DNA from: a virus
IMG/VR virus record: IMGVR_UViG_3300035670_000075
Location: 32,001-96,000 of that record
Strand: one strand, 5' to 3'
Length of the DNA stretch: 64,000 nt
In this document: one piece after another, positions 18,382-28,587 of the stretch
Layout: each line of letters begins with the position of its first letter
How positions within the stretch are numbered: position 1 is the first letter of the stretch
The notes under the pieces: model-generated
Told to the model about the DNA's origin: nothing
Database searches by the model: none
What the model saw: only the letters and a program-made list of their open reading frames with translations
Program-made: the position numbers and the translations under genes

Positions 18382-19220
18382 GTGGCTGCGTCAGCCTCGG
18401 CTTCGGCAACTTTGCGGAAGTTCTCGTTCTCGTTGGCTTTGTCGATGACTTCGCCACGGAAGTTGATGGCATTCGCCGCCAACAAGCCGACATTCGCCGG
18501 GGTGAATTCAAACGGCGTGGTCTTGGCAGCAGCAATCGCTTCGTCGCTCATGAAGTTGGCTTTGACGAACAAAAGGTCATTACCGGCTTCATTCAAAATA
18601 GACGCAGCCAGTTCACGGTCTTCATGAAGCAAATCCATCATGCTTTCGCTGGTGATTGGCAGCTTTTCGTCACCGCTACCCAAATTCCAGTCAGCGACCA
18701 CTGCCAAAAGTTTTTCAACGGTTGCCTTGTCTTCGTCAGCCTGCTTGGGCGCGTCACCGACCGCCGTGCCGGACATCATCCGACTATTGGACTGGTAGAA
18801 CTGCTTGTGAGTTTCGGGCAGAGAAGAACTCCGTAGGGTGACTTCGATTTCAACAGACACACCATGCGCTTTGAACTTATGCGTTGTAGGCACGCCGGAT
18901 TTGGCTTTATCTTCGTCCAACGTGACCATTGCAGCATCGTATTCACTCATGCGCCAGCTTTGCAGCGCCAAGCCGAAATATTCACGGCTGGCTTTTTCGC
19001 TGTCATCGAATGAGTCTTGCAGCTTGCCGTAAGTTTGCTTGCCGCCGCCCTTCATCATTTTTTCGTATTGCCGACCCTTGGCTGTTTGGCGCAGCTTTTC
19101 GGCGCGCGGGTCTTTGTTTAAGTTACGCAGGGTAACAGGGACATCAATAGCATTGATGTTAATGGTTACTTCGGATTGACGTGCGCTTTTCAGCAAATTG
19201 AAATCGATCAGTTTACCCAT
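18372..19220 (-). CDS. Tail assembly chaperone (gpG-like)
   Basis: VTLR...VADW..G...LPIT...LL pattern; slippery site just before the stop. Confidence 0.7.
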   Translation of the reverse strand: MGKLIDFNLLKSARQSEVTININAIDVPVTLRNLNKDPRAEKLRQTAKGRQYEKMMKGGGKQTYGKLQDSFDDSEKASREYFGLALQSWRMSEYDAAMVTLDEDKAKSGVPTTHKFKAHGVSVEIEVTLRSSSLPETHKQFYQSNSRMMSGTAVGDAPKQADEDKATVEKLLAVVADWNLGSGDEKLPITSESMMDLLHEDRELAASILNEAGNDLLFVKANFMSDEAIAAAKTTPFEFTPANVGLLAANAINFRGEVIDKANENENFRKVAEAEADAATEK

Positions 19221-19348
19221 TTTCTCACTCGCTTCTGTAATGTAAAAGTGTATTTTTAACCAAAAATTACGATGCGCGATGGCATCTTCAAAAAACAACC
19301 ACGCCACCTCGCGCCAAATAACGCCTAGTGCGTGATAGGTTGTTACCA

Positions 19349-19819
19349 CTACTGTTCGGCGGCTTCTTCGCCTACCGCTTCCACCACTTCTTCATGCTTT
19401 CTCACCAACGGCAAGATTGGGCCTTGCCAACCGCAATCTTCGTCTCCTTCGTAATTAACCAATGCGTATTGGATAACGCCAAGCTCGACTGCGCTGCCTT
19501 TATTGGGGAACGCAACCGCGCCGTCGCCCTTGGTTTTTACGGTGACAGCGGTAATACCTGATGGCAGACCTTCGAGTACGCCTTTAGCGACATCCGTTGG
19601 CAGCGCCAAGAAATAAGTTCCAGGTTTAGTTGGGCGGTGAGTATCGAAGCAAATCACCTCGACGCCCATTGCCGACTGCATGATTGCCAACGAGTCGCGC
19701 ATGACTTCATGCGCCTCTTCAGGCGTAAGTGCTTTTCCGCCTGGCGAGTTGTCGCTTAACGCAATCGCGATGTCTTTGCCATTTAAGAAAACGTCTTTAA
19801 GCGTGTTGATGATGCCCAT
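19349..19819 (-). CDS. Hypothetical protein
   Basis: 156-aa ORF. Confidence 0.55.
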   Translation of the reverse strand: MGIINTLKDVFLNGKDIAIALSDNSPGGKALTPEEAHEVMRDSLAIMQSAMGVEVICFDTHRPTKPGTYFLALPTDVAKGVLEGLPSGITAVTVKTKGDGAVAFPNKGSAVELGVIQYALVNYEGDEDCGWQGPILPLVRKHEEVVEAVGEEAAEQ

Positions 19820-19928
19820 ATAACCACCGAATTATCCTGTGTATATTGATGAATTTTATGTGTTTTTCCAAGTAAAATCAACACATTGTTACCTATAGTC
19901 GATTTAATGCGCTAGAGCTTACGTTAAC

Positions 19929-20444
19929 CTATCTATCATCCATCAGGCGATTGATTTTATCTTCGCTTTCTTGCTTTTTACGCATGTACTCAGCACGCAT
20001 TTGTTGTAACTCTTCGAGCGTCCAATCGCTGCTGCTGAAAAGATCGCGTGTTTTTTGGCTAAAATCGCTTTCGCTTATTTCGCTGTTTTTCTCGTCGCTG
20101 TTGCCATTGCTTTTGTCGCTAGGCTTGTCATCTTCTATGATCTTACCAAACCTAGACTCAAATAATTTTTTCAGCGCCCCGAATATGTAGGGGAGTCCAA
20201 CATAACCAGCAAAAACAGACATGCCAGTAGTGAACACAGTGTCGTTTTTGAGTTCAGGGAAAACCACTACCGTAACCGCAGCAAAAGCAATTGCAGCAAA
20301 GCCACCGCCCAAAACTTTACCGATAATATTCCTGGTAGTTAGATTGCCCTCAGCATTGAATACTGCCCCCAATGCAGATAGTGCGCCGACCAGCCAAATC
20401 AAACCTACTCTTGTGATCTCGGCATAGATATTTGGCTCCTGCAT
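19929..20444 (-). CDS. Putative holin
   Basis: Three TM segments with GG.FAA/FAGYVG and a highly charged C-terminus. Confidence 0.6.
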   Translation of the reverse strand: MQEPNIYAEITRVGLIWLVGALSALGAVFNAEGNLTTRNIIGKVLGGGFAAIAFAAVTVVVFPELKNDTVFTTGMSVFAGYVGLPYIFGALKKLFESRFGKIIEDDKPSDKSNGNSDEKNSEISESDFSQKTRDLFSSSDWTLEELQQMRAEYMRKKQESEDKINRLMDDR

Positions 20445-20758
20445 TGGTTTTCATCGCCCTGTGCTATTCTGTGTTCATGACTTCTTAATTCTTGTTGAAT
20501 AATCGATCTAGTTTCACGACCTGATGAAATATAATAGTCATTGGCTATGAAGCCTACCCATGCTGATATGCCTATCGAAACAATCATCACAGCAATCATT
20601 ACAACCCGGAAAAGCCGATTAAAACCACGCTCTATGTTGTAGTCTGAGTGCAACTGTGAAATTTCAAATTCCAGTCGCTCCATTCGCTCTTTGTTTAATT
20701 TGCTGTCTGCTTCGATGCGAGCCAAGCGACCCTCAATGCTTTCGGCAAAGTCACCCAT
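20405..20758 (-). CDS. Coiled-coil plus single-TM membrane protein
   Basis: RLARIE coiled coil; hydrophobic VVMIAVMIVSIGISAWVGF. Confidence 0.55.
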   Translation of the reverse strand: MGDFAESIEGRLARIEADSKLNKERMERLEFEISQLHSDYNIERGFNRLFRVVMIAVMIVSIGISAWVGFIANDYYISSGRETRSIIQQELRSHEHRIAQGDENQCRSQISMPRSQE

Positions 20759-21320
20759 TCAATATCTCCACAAAACCGCCGTTTCCGTCTTCCATGTAAT
20801 GCCACTGGTAATCTAAAGAGTCCCATCGCCATACATGTTGCCAACGGTTATCAACTACATAATCACCTTCGTAGGTGTGAACGACTAGCACCATATGGTA
20901 TTCGGTACGTTCTCTATCTGCCCAACAGGTAGCTAATCGTAACTGGCTACGGTCAATACCTTCTAACATCAATAACAGTAATGCGAATACTGCGTGTCCA
21001 TCACAGTCATCAGCTATTTTGCCAGCAGGTGTTAAGTTTGGTACTTCCCAGTTGTCTATTTCACCATCAGGTGTGTAGATAAAGTTACGAAATAGAAAAC
21101 TTCTGACATCTTGAAGTATCGTTAAGATACTGGCGTTGTCGGAATGTAATTGATAACCCTCAATTCCGTTAAGACTGTATTTAAGGTAGGCAACGCGTAA
21201 ACTTCGCTGGAAAGCTTTGTAGCGTTGATAATGTGAATCAGAAAGCCAATGCTTTTCGCCGGTTTGAATAAACGGTTCTACAGCGAAAAACTCTTTTAGC
21301 TTTCTAAACAGCCATTTCAT
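20751..21320 (-). CDS. Transglutaminase-like cysteine peptidase (BTLCP/C93, LapG-like)
   Basis: DNWEVP, DDCDGHA, YHMVLVV, YVVDNR: Cys-His-Asp triad. Confidence 0.8.
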   Translation of the reverse strand: MKWLFRKLKEFFAVEPFIQTGEKHWLSDSHYQRYKAFQRSLRVAYLKYSLNGIEGYQLHSDNASILTILQDVRSFLFRNFIYTPDGEIDNWEVPNLTPAGKIADDCDGHAVFALLLLMLEGIDRSQLRLATCWADRERTEYHMVLVVHTYEGDYVVDNRWQHVWRWDSLDYQWHYMEDGNGGFVEILNG

Positions 21321-21856
21321 TATGCAGTTCCGTCCATATCGTAAACTGGCATCATGGTGCGAATTTGGAAGTTATTAATCACTTCACATTCGGTTGTAAG
21401 ATTAGCCAGGACGCTACCCAGCATGTAACCATGACATTCACAAGGGATTGCATAACGCCCGTCTGCTAAAGGGACTGGATAGAAGTTACCGTAAGTAGAA
21501 GTTTCTACCCATTGCTTCCAGGTACGTTGCATATTGTCAGCATCAAATGAACCGTTAAATCCAAGTGGTACTAATGCTGTTTCATAGTCTTCAGCGGCAA
21601 TTACAAAGAAGCATTTGAAGTTTTCCACTTCGCCACCGGATGCTACCACCGCTTGTACATGCGCGAAGTTAGGGGCAGATGTTTCTAACGCTCTGTCCGG
21701 TAAATGGTAGGTTGTAGTGCCGGATGGTGATGAGTCTTTCAACACATCAAAAGTTACATTCACCCATAAGGCTAAATTGAATAACGCACCACCAGGCTCT
21801 AAAGTAGCTGAAGGGGCGATGATTTTGAAATCACGTTGATAGTTGTCGATGTTCAT
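21320..21856 (-). CDS. Hypothetical (tail-fibre-associated) protein
   Basis: Coupled to the fibre gene. Confidence 0.5.
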   Translation of the reverse strand: MNIDNYQRDFKIIAPSATLEPGGALFNLALWVNVTFDVLKDSSPSGTTTYHLPDRALETSAPNFAHVQAVVASGGEVENFKCFFVIAAEDYETALVPLGFNGSFDADNMQRTWKQWVETSTYGNFYPVPLADGRYAIPCECHGYMLGSVLANLTTECEVINNFQIRTMMPVYDMDGTA

Positions 21857-23772
21857 GATACTTTGTAGTTCCTTTCGCCGTCAGTGTTTACGTCTTTGGT
21901 GACGCCTGTGGTTGGTGACCCGAATGTAATTAAGGTGTCTTTAGGAATGCTTTTGTTTATTAGCTGTGCAGCACCTACTGAATTAATCGCTAACTTAGTT
22001 TCAGCACCATTATGCCCGTTAATAGCCGGATTTGTTAGTGGATTACCGTCAGCAGCGGAAACACCGCTTAACAGCGCTGGAATTTTGACTGCACCGCTTT
22101 GCCGGAATCCTTTAGTTAAATTCCAATGAAATGAACCTTGAGTAGTCCAAACAGGAGCGTTTACTAAAGTGGCGTGGTTACTGTTGTTGGTAACATTATA
22201 TACAGTAGAACCAGAACCTTCTGACAATGTATAGCGTGTACCATCGCTTAACTGTAAGTCCCAGCAAGTACCGGCTGTGAAATCGATTCTACCGGCTGAG
22301 ATTGAAGGTGTTGCAGTGCCACCTTTTAATACAACAGTTTCAGTACCGATTAAATGTGGTGCTGAAATATATTGACTAACACCATCAAACTGCAAACAAT
22401 TCGATTGCACCAACAATGCGTTGTAGGGTACTTTTCCGGTAAATTGCAGCGCATTGCCATAAGCATCCAGCGTGGCATTACGCGCCGGAATGAACGCGCC
22501 GACGTTGTTTGTTGAGAGCGTTTGTTGGTAGGCGGTTGCGACTGTACCCGCCTGAAATTGGATGTTTTCAATTTGAATTGTTGCTGTACTGGATGCCGTG
22601 TCACCTCTCAACGACGCCAGAGAATCAACAAGGCAAATATAATTTACAGAGCTTTCCAAGCCTGTATTCAATCCAACAACAACGACGCGCCAATACGCCC
22701 CGGCGTCAGTGACGGAAACAGTAGGAAACGGTGTGGCGCTTTGTGTTGCGCCAGTCGCAACGTCTATATTTAGGTATGATGCGACGCCCCAGCCTGTATT
22801 GCTAAATATCTGTAAAATTCCAGATCCCTTTACTACGTTGCACGATAGAACGTAACTAGCTCCAATCGTAGGCAGTGGATTAACGCCAATAGAGATATAT
22901 TTTTGCACTCCGCTCCCGGCATTGCCGGTTATCGTGTTTGCTGTTGCGGTGACGTTTAGTTTTATCCAGTTAGCCTGTGTAAAATCGCCTGAATTAGCGT
23001 AATAGTTCACGCCAACAGAATAGCCCAGTTGGTTGTTCGTGTCGTTCCCCGCGCCATCCGTAAACGTGGTATGTGTGACGCCGCCTACGTGCGTACCGTG
23101 GTAGCCATTGCCGCTAATGTCGTAGGCTGTTGTTCCGCTGCCTGCTGCCATCGGGTAATTAGCACGTAAAACGCCATCGGTTTTTATGCTGATGCTGTGA
23201 AGCGAGCCGTTAAAATACAGAAGCGGTGTTGAAAACGCGCGGAGACCAATTCTTGCGTTTGTCGTCGTGCTTATAGCGCCAGTATTGACAATAGATTTAG
23301 TTTCTGAATCTACGGTTATAGTCAATAATCCTGATGCCCAAATAACGCTAAAACGATGCCATAAATTATCATTGTAGTTTGCGTCGGTTTGAATTGTTGG
23401 ATTGATGTTGTTGTGATATACCGCCAATCTCCCCCCGTTAATCGCAACTAGCAGACCATCACCGCCGACATCCCTGCAATCGACAATTACCCCCAAAACG
23501 CCTAACAATGTTCTAAAATGGCCTGTGATTTCATAGCTGGATGTCGCGTTTATTGCGAGCGGTAAATTAACATAACCAGTTGAGCCATCAAACGTCAACG
23601 CCCGCCCAGGCTGCACCGCCCGCGCCGAGCCTTTCAATGCTGATTGGTCATAAACCGTACTATCAATTATATTCTGTCCGACTGTACGCTTATGACTCAA
23701 CAAACATTGAACAGCATTAGTTTCGGCTGAATAATTGACTGCAAGCCCTTGACGAATAACAGGCAATGTCAT
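21853..23772 (-). CDS. Receptor-binding/fibre protein with LamG (ConA-like) and carbohydrate-binding-like domains
   Basis: ALTFDGSTGYV, NDNLWHRF, FNGSL, SGTTAYDISGNGYHGT; internal repeat LQFDGVSQYI...EGSGSTVYN. Confidence 0.7.
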   Translation of the reverse strand: MTLPVIRQGLAVNYSAETNAVQCLLSHKRTVGQNIIDSTVYDQSALKGSARAVQPGRALTFDGSTGYVNLPLAINATSSYEITGHFRTLLGVLGVIVDCRDVGGDGLLVAINGGRLAVYHNNINPTIQTDANYNDNLWHRFSVIWASGLLTITVDSETKSIVNTGAISTTTNARIGLRAFSTPLLYFNGSLHSISIKTDGVLRANYPMAAGSGTTAYDISGNGYHGTHVGGVTHTTFTDGAGNDTNNQLGYSVGVNYYANSGDFTQANWIKLNVTATANTITGNAGSGVQKYISIGVNPLPTIGASYVLSCNVVKGSGILQIFSNTGWGVASYLNIDVATGATQSATPFPTVSVTDAGAYWRVVVVGLNTGLESSVNYICLVDSLASLRGDTASSTATIQIENIQFQAGTVATAYQQTLSTNNVGAFIPARNATLDAYGNALQFTGKVPYNALLVQSNCLQFDGVSQYISAPHLIGTETVVLKGGTATPSISAGRIDFTAGTCWDLQLSDGTRYTLSEGSGSTVYNVTNNSNHATLVNAPVWTTQGSFHWNLTKGFRQSGAVKIPALLSGVSAADGNPLTNPAINGHNGAETKLAINSVGAAQLINKSIPKDTLITFGSPTTGVTKDVNTDGERNYKVS

Positions 23773-24215
23773 GACGTTAATTCCCCAAATACATCCCAAG
23801 TGTCAGTACGTACTTTAACCATACTAAACCTGGAATACTGTCGCAACGTCTTCTTATCAGCGTTACGAATAGTAACACCACCAGCACCAGAAACGGTTAC
23901 TTGACCGGCACCAATCTGAATACCACCGATAGCAGTACCGATTGGGAAAGCGACGGTAGCGTTCAACGGAATCTGTACAGCAATAGCAGCGGCGTTGTTA
24001 AATTCGATGGTCTTATTTGCATCAGTTAGAGCTAACGTGTAACTAACACCGGTTTCTTCTCGAATACTTTCCAGCATTAACTTAGAAGCAACGGTAGTGA
24101 TCGCAGCAGCACCTTCACCGGTGCCACCGGAATTATGAACCAGTAAACGCCAACTGGTATCGAAGTCACCAGTGTTTAACGGCGTAGGGTATTGTTGATA
24201 GGCTGCTGTTCCCAT
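23769..24215 (-). CDS. Small tail fibre-like structural protein
   Basis: YTLALTDA...VAFPIGT...QIGAGQVTV domain common in phage fibres. Confidence 0.65.
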   Translation of the reverse strand: MGTAAYQQYPTPLNTGDFDTSWRLLVHNSGGTGEGAAAITTVASKLMLESIREETGVSYTLALTDANKTIEFNNAAAIAVQIPLNATVAFPIGTAIGGIQIGAGQVTVSGAGGVTIRNADKKTLRQYSRFSMVKVRTDTWDVFGELTS

Positions 24216-24219
24216 GATT

Positions 24220-25518
24220 CTAAATCTCCGCTCCGAATGCTGCACTGATAATCACATTGTCAGTGCCGGAAGTGCTATGTGTACAAATCACAATGTCACC
24301 AGGGGTTAACATGTATTTACCTAATCCATCTAACGGATTAGTGAAATTCATTGTGGAATTGATCGGTACAATGGCTGACAAAAGCCGAAAACAACCAGCG
24401 CTGGTGAAATCGAAAGTAGTAGCACCACCTTCATTATTGACGATGTACTCTACTGCACCAGTTAATGAATCCGGTGTCCAAGACTGTCCTACGATGTTTG
24501 AAATCTTTGTGCTGTCTCTGGTAATCCACACTTCAAAACTGGATTCATCAACAGCAGTAGCACTGATCTGTGCCAGCATCACATCAATCGTGTTTACCCA
24601 ACTATTACCGTTATCATTAGTGCGGGTAGACGGAATACGGAAAGCCATTGCAGGCTCATTAACTGAAGTGCTGGCGATTAAGCCAGTAGTAATTGAAGTG
24701 TAGGTTAAGCCTTCTGCTTGCCCACCTTGAGAAGTGACATCCCAACAACCAACGTGAATAGTGGGGTTAGAAGTGTCTGCGTATTCAAATTCCCAGAACA
24801 CGCCATTCTGTGAAGTACCTAATCCCCATCTTACTGCGCTACCAGTTCTGGCTAGACCACCTAAAGTGTGCGCCCCTTGTACCGCTTCATAGAACACCGG
24901 CATAGCAGGATTAGTAATGGTCAAAGCAGTGGTATTACCAAGCTTTTCAGCATGTGCAATTTCAGTTAAGTTACCGAAACCCCAGAAATCGCCAGCACCA
25001 CGCCACTGAAACACGCCATCAGTGACATTACCTTTAGAAAGGTCTAAGCCATGTCCGACAACTTCAGTTCTGGTATCAGTGACAGTAGTACCGACAATAG
25101 TGCGAAGTACCATATACAACTTACCAGTACCAGGACTGGTAATCCAGACTGAATCAGAATAACGATGTCCACGATTAGGTTGGTAACGGTAATGCCGTTT
25201 AGTTTGACAGCGGTACAGATTACCGCCGGAAGCAGTCACTTTCAAACGTCCATTGTCGGAATAGATGAAAGCATCAGCAGAAGTGTCATAAACTTCAGTG
25301 CCATTGATCATCTTCTTCCAATCAGCTTTAGGAACGGTGAAAGTGAATACACCAGCACCGAGGCTATGTGGTTGCACGAAAACTGGTTCACCCCAAGCAG
25401 AAGTTGCAAGGTCGTTTTTACCTAGCACACGTCTAGGGATGTATGGATCGTCAGTTGCACCAGTACCGAGAGCATCGAAATACTTGACGACATCGTTTTC
25501 AGTTGCGGTAAATGTCAT
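24220..25518 (-). CDS. Virion structural protein
   Basis: Beta-rich; QTKRHYRYQP.RG and QWRGAG motifs. Confidence 0.55.
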   Translation of the reverse strand: MTFTATENDVVKYFDALGTGATDDPYIPRRVLGKNDLATSAWGEPVFVQPHSLGAGVFTFTVPKADWKKMINGTEVYDTSADAFIYSDNGRLKVTASGGNLYRCQTKRHYRYQPNRGHRYSDSVWITSPGTGKLYMVLRTIVGTTVTDTRTEVVGHGLDLSKGNVTDGVFQWRGAGDFWGFGNLTEIAHAEKLGNTTALTITNPAMPVFYEAVQGAHTLGGLARTGSAVRWGLGTSQNGVFWEFEYADTSNPTIHVGCWDVTSQGGQAEGLTYTSITTGLIASTSVNEPAMAFRIPSTRTNDNGNSWVNTIDVMLAQISATAVDESSFEVWITRDSTKISNIVGQSWTPDSLTGAVEYIVNNEGGATTFDFTSAGCFRLLSAIVPINSTMNFTNPLDGLGKYMLTPGDIVICTHSTSGTDNVIISAAFGAEI

Positions 25519-25526
25519 AGTTACCT

Positions 25527-25754
25527 CTACGTGACCGTGTTAAGCAGCCCATTTACCGTGCCGCTGTAAGTATCCATTGAGTAGCGCTGAGAAACATCAT
25601 TCCACGCTACCGAAAGCCCACCCAACCATTCCATTCCCCATCCATCAATCCATAGCGCAGCAGCATTATCTACAGGCGGATTGACTATGCTTATGCCGGG
25701 CTGAGAAGCCGTTACATATGGATACGGGTAGCCGGGCGACACCGATAGCTGCAT
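25527..25754 (-). CDS. Hypothetical protein
   Basis: Short ORF in the structural operon. Confidence 0.4.
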   Translation of the reverse strand: MQLSVSPGYPYPYVTASQPGISIVNPPVDNAAALWIDGWGMEWLGGLSVAWNDVSQRYSMDTYSGTVNGLLNTVT

Positions 25755-25757
25755 GGA

Positions 25758-26090
25758 CTATTCTCGGCATGGATGAACGTATACGTTGCCGTTATCAGCG
25801 CCATCAAGCTTGATAAAAGCAAGTTTATGATTTTTGGGAATCCGCATTTGCCGTGTCAGCCCGCCCGTCAACACAGGCTGGCTTGTGGTGGCTGTAGGCG
25901 TGACGCCGTGAGTCCAGTGAACACTGGTCGTTGGCGTAATTTCTACTACCACATCGTCGCTGTGCAAATTTGCGTCAAGCCCATTGTCCGTCAAAAGTCC
26001 GGCAATGGTTTTGTTGCTCGGATGTGATGCCGTGTCAGCAAGACCAACAACTTCGCCCAGCGGGTACGGGGTGAGTAAATCCGATCTCAT
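25758..26090 (-). CDS. Hypothetical structural protein
   Basis: GAGG RBS; operon context. Confidence 0.5.
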   Translation of the reverse strand: MRSDLLTPYPLGEVVGLADTASHPSNKTIAGLLTDNGLDANLHSDDVVVEITPTTSVHWTHGVTPTATTSQPVLTGGLTRQMRIPKNHKLAFIKLDGADNGNVYVHPCRE

Positions 26091-26311
26091 GCGTTTGTCC
26101 TCTGTCATCTGACTGCGGAGTGTTAATTTTACGTGCCGCAACCAAGACTTTTACATTGCTGTGCGCTTTATCAGTCACAGCCCATCCGCCTCGTTCGACG
26201 CTGAATACCAGGTCGCCTGGATTGCAACCGCCTGATTTAATAATCTCCCACCCTGGAGGCGGATTGGTCGAACTGGCTACCAGTTCTGGCGGCAATGGAT
26301 CGCCGGGTAAA

Positions 26312-27346
26312 TCACCACCAGTCATCTCCACCATCACCAGCCTCGATTAATGAAGATTCAGCACACGCACTGGTGCCGTAACCGCGCACTTCAGCGCACA
26401 GGTACGGCGATAGCAGGTGCAGAACCTCATCTGGAATATAAGAAAAACGGCTCAAGTCGGTGCTGTTAGATGTCTCGAACTCGACTTTTACCGCCTCGAA
26501 TACATCGACTTTCTTGACGGGCAAATCTTTGCCAGCCGGTTGCGCTTCTTGTTCGGAGAACATATCGCCGCGCAGAAAATTAATTGCCAGTAATGCGTTG
26601 GCATCGCTAAAAGCTTTTGGCGTTACGCTACTGGCTGGCATCGTCGCGGCGCGGTCTTCGCAAATCGTGCTGCCGCGATATAACGACCACTCACGCGGAA
26701 ATGATAGTCCTGGCTCGTAATACATGGTTAGCGTGGCATTGGCTGTCTCGTCCACTGACGGCGCATTCACCACTGTCAACACATGTGGGTCGGCGCTGGT
26801 ATTCAGGTCAACAACGGTAAACTTGCCGTTGTTACCATCATTACTGAAGCCAGTTAAATTCAGCGTGCCGTCTTGAGTGTAATCAGCCCAAGTAAAAGCA
26901 TTGTCCGCTGCTGGCGCGGTAAAGCACGAATTGAGATTGTCCGCCGTCACGCTGCCGGTATAACTACGCGCACGAAGAGTCGGCGGCGTACCGCATATCG
27001 CCTCAAGCCCACTCAGGATTGATGCCGCGCGATTCAGTGATTGCTGAATTAATACGTTTTCCGCTGCTGCTTTTGCGTTTGCGCCATCATTGATCGGCGC
27101 TGCCGTCCACGTCGCAAAATCTTTGAAATACCATGCGCCATCAGTACCGCCGTGAATCGCGGCGCGATTACTGGCTGACACTTGCGTTGTACCGAATACT
27201 CCGGCGACGTAATCGCCATTCGCATCAATCGCCCACGTCAGATACGAATAGCCGCCCCTGCGGGCGGCGTACATTCTGAAGTAATCGACTGTCACCAGCG
27301 ATGTTTGCGTGGGTGATAGTGCGGTTGCATCGAAGTAGACGGTCAT
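26312..27346 (-). CDS. Head-tail adaptor (DnaT-like fold family) with insertions
   Basis: SLVTVDYF..YA, L.RAA..L, LSFPR, VKKVDV..VKVEF, LLSPYL. Confidence 0.65.
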   Translation of the reverse strand: MTVYFDATALSPTQTSLVTVDYFRMYAARRGGYSYLTWAIDANGDYVAGVFGTTQVSASNRAAIHGGTDGAWYFKDFATWTAAPINDGANAKAAAENVLIQQSLNRAASILSGLEAICGTPPTLRARSYTGSVTADNLNSCFTAPAADNAFTWADYTQDGTLNLTGFSNDGNNGKFTVVDLNTSADPHVLTVVNAPSVDETANATLTMYYEPGLSFPREWSLYRGSTICEDRAATMPASSVTPKAFSDANALLAINFLRGDMFSEQEAQPAGKDLPVKKVDVFEAVKVEFETSNSTDLSRFSYIPDEVLHLLSPYLCAEVRGYGTSACAESSLIEAGDGGDDWW

Positions 27347-27353
27347 ATCAACC

Positions 27354-27638
27354 TTAAGTCACCCGCAGCTTGGGGTCTGCTTTCAATTCTGCCAACATAC
27401 TTTCAGTCAGGTCGGCAAGTTGCAAAACCGTTGGTTTGCGTCCGAAGTTCATTCCGCAGCGCCAACGACTGTCTTGCATCGCGACCACCGTGATTTCGGT
27501 TTGGCTTGATTGCGGTGATGGCTCTTTAGTTTCCGATGCTACTGACTGAAGCGCATCGACTTGATCTGGCTCGCCTGCTTGCGCGCTTTTGCGTCCACGG
27601 CGTTTTGCCGGTTCTTCAGTGAGTTCTTCGCTCATCAT
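27354..27638 (-). CDS. Mu-like HI1506-related protein
   Basis: RWRCGMNF...LAELKADPKLRV directly after the capsid gene. Confidence 0.75.
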   Translation of the reverse strand: MMSEELTEEPAKRRGRKSAQAGEPDQVDALQSVASETKEPSPQSSQTEITVVAMQDSRWRCGMNFGRKPTVLQLADLTESMLAELKADPKLRVT

Positions 27639-27686
27639 CGTCTCCAGTTTGTGACGCGGCGCAAACCTCGCGCCGCGTCATTCAGC

Positions 27687-28577
27687 TTAATCCAGGTACT
27701 CGGATACCAGGACTTCGACGTTGTTCCAGTCGGGGTTGGTTGCGCCACTTGCCAAACGCTCGACCTTGATGACCTCGTTCGCGGCAGACTCGTTGCTCGG
27801 ACCGCACACCAACAAGGTTGGGCGGATACCCAGCGGACGGCCTTTGTCGCTCTTCAGGGTTTTCATCGCGGCGCGCGCTGCGCGGTAGTTGGTGGCGTCT
27901 AAGGTAGCATTGCTACGATACGCCATTTGCCAAAAACCGTAACCGCCATTGACGCGAGCATCGACGCCGTACAGGTATTCGTTGCGATGGAAAACGTTTT
28001 CATCGGTTTCGTCTACTTTGCTGACGAAGTTATAGCCCTTGCGCACCTGGAAGATAAACGGCTTCAACGGGCGACGGGTATCCAGCAAGAACCACGGCTT
28101 ACCGGCACCGGATTGATAGTTGGAAGTGGCGACAATACTGCCTGCCTCACCAACCGGATGATCAGTATCGAAGAATGCCTGACCGTCGTAGCAGTTATTG
28201 GTCGTGCCGTTCACCAGCAAATCGAAAACGATTTGGTCTGGATGCGTTGCGGCGGCGTAACCCATTTCCTGCATCATCGGCGAGTAGATGCCGTAGTTGT
28301 CATCTTCGATGTCGTCGCGCGACACACCAACTGTGGCTTCATGGCGCTTGTTGCTGATGGTGTAGTCATGTGCTGCCATGCTTTGAATTTGGCGGTCGCC
28401 AATCCATTCGCGCATTTGCGGGAACTGACCCAGCCAGGCATAACGGTTTTGCGAGCTAGTGCTAGGCACCATCGTCGCCAGCATGTTCCAGCGCGATTCC
28501 GCCATGCGGAACCCCATGTTGAACGCGGCGTTGTAAGCGATAAACAGATCGCTCAGGTTACTGCGATTGATGATCAT
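27687..28577 (-). CDS. Mu-like major capsid protein (gpT family)
   Basis: YAWLGQFPQMREWIGDR, CYDGQAFFDTDHPV, WFLLDTRRPLKPFIFQ, GYGFWQMAY. Confidence 0.93.
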   Translation of the reverse strand: MIINRSNLSDLFIAYNAAFNMGFRMAESRWNMLATMVPSTSSQNRYAWLGQFPQMREWIGDRQIQSMAAHDYTISNKRHEATVGVSRDDIEDDNYGIYSPMMQEMGYAAATHPDQIVFDLLVNGTTNNCYDGQAFFDTDHPVGEAGSIVATSNYQSGAGKPWFLLDTRRPLKPFIFQVRKGYNFVSKVDETDENVFHRNEYLYGVDARVNGGYGFWQMAYRSNATLDATNYRAARAAMKTLKSDKGRPLGIRPTLLVCGPSNESAANEVIKVERLASGATNPDWNNVEVLVSEYLD

Positions 28578-28587
28578 GTCTATCTCC

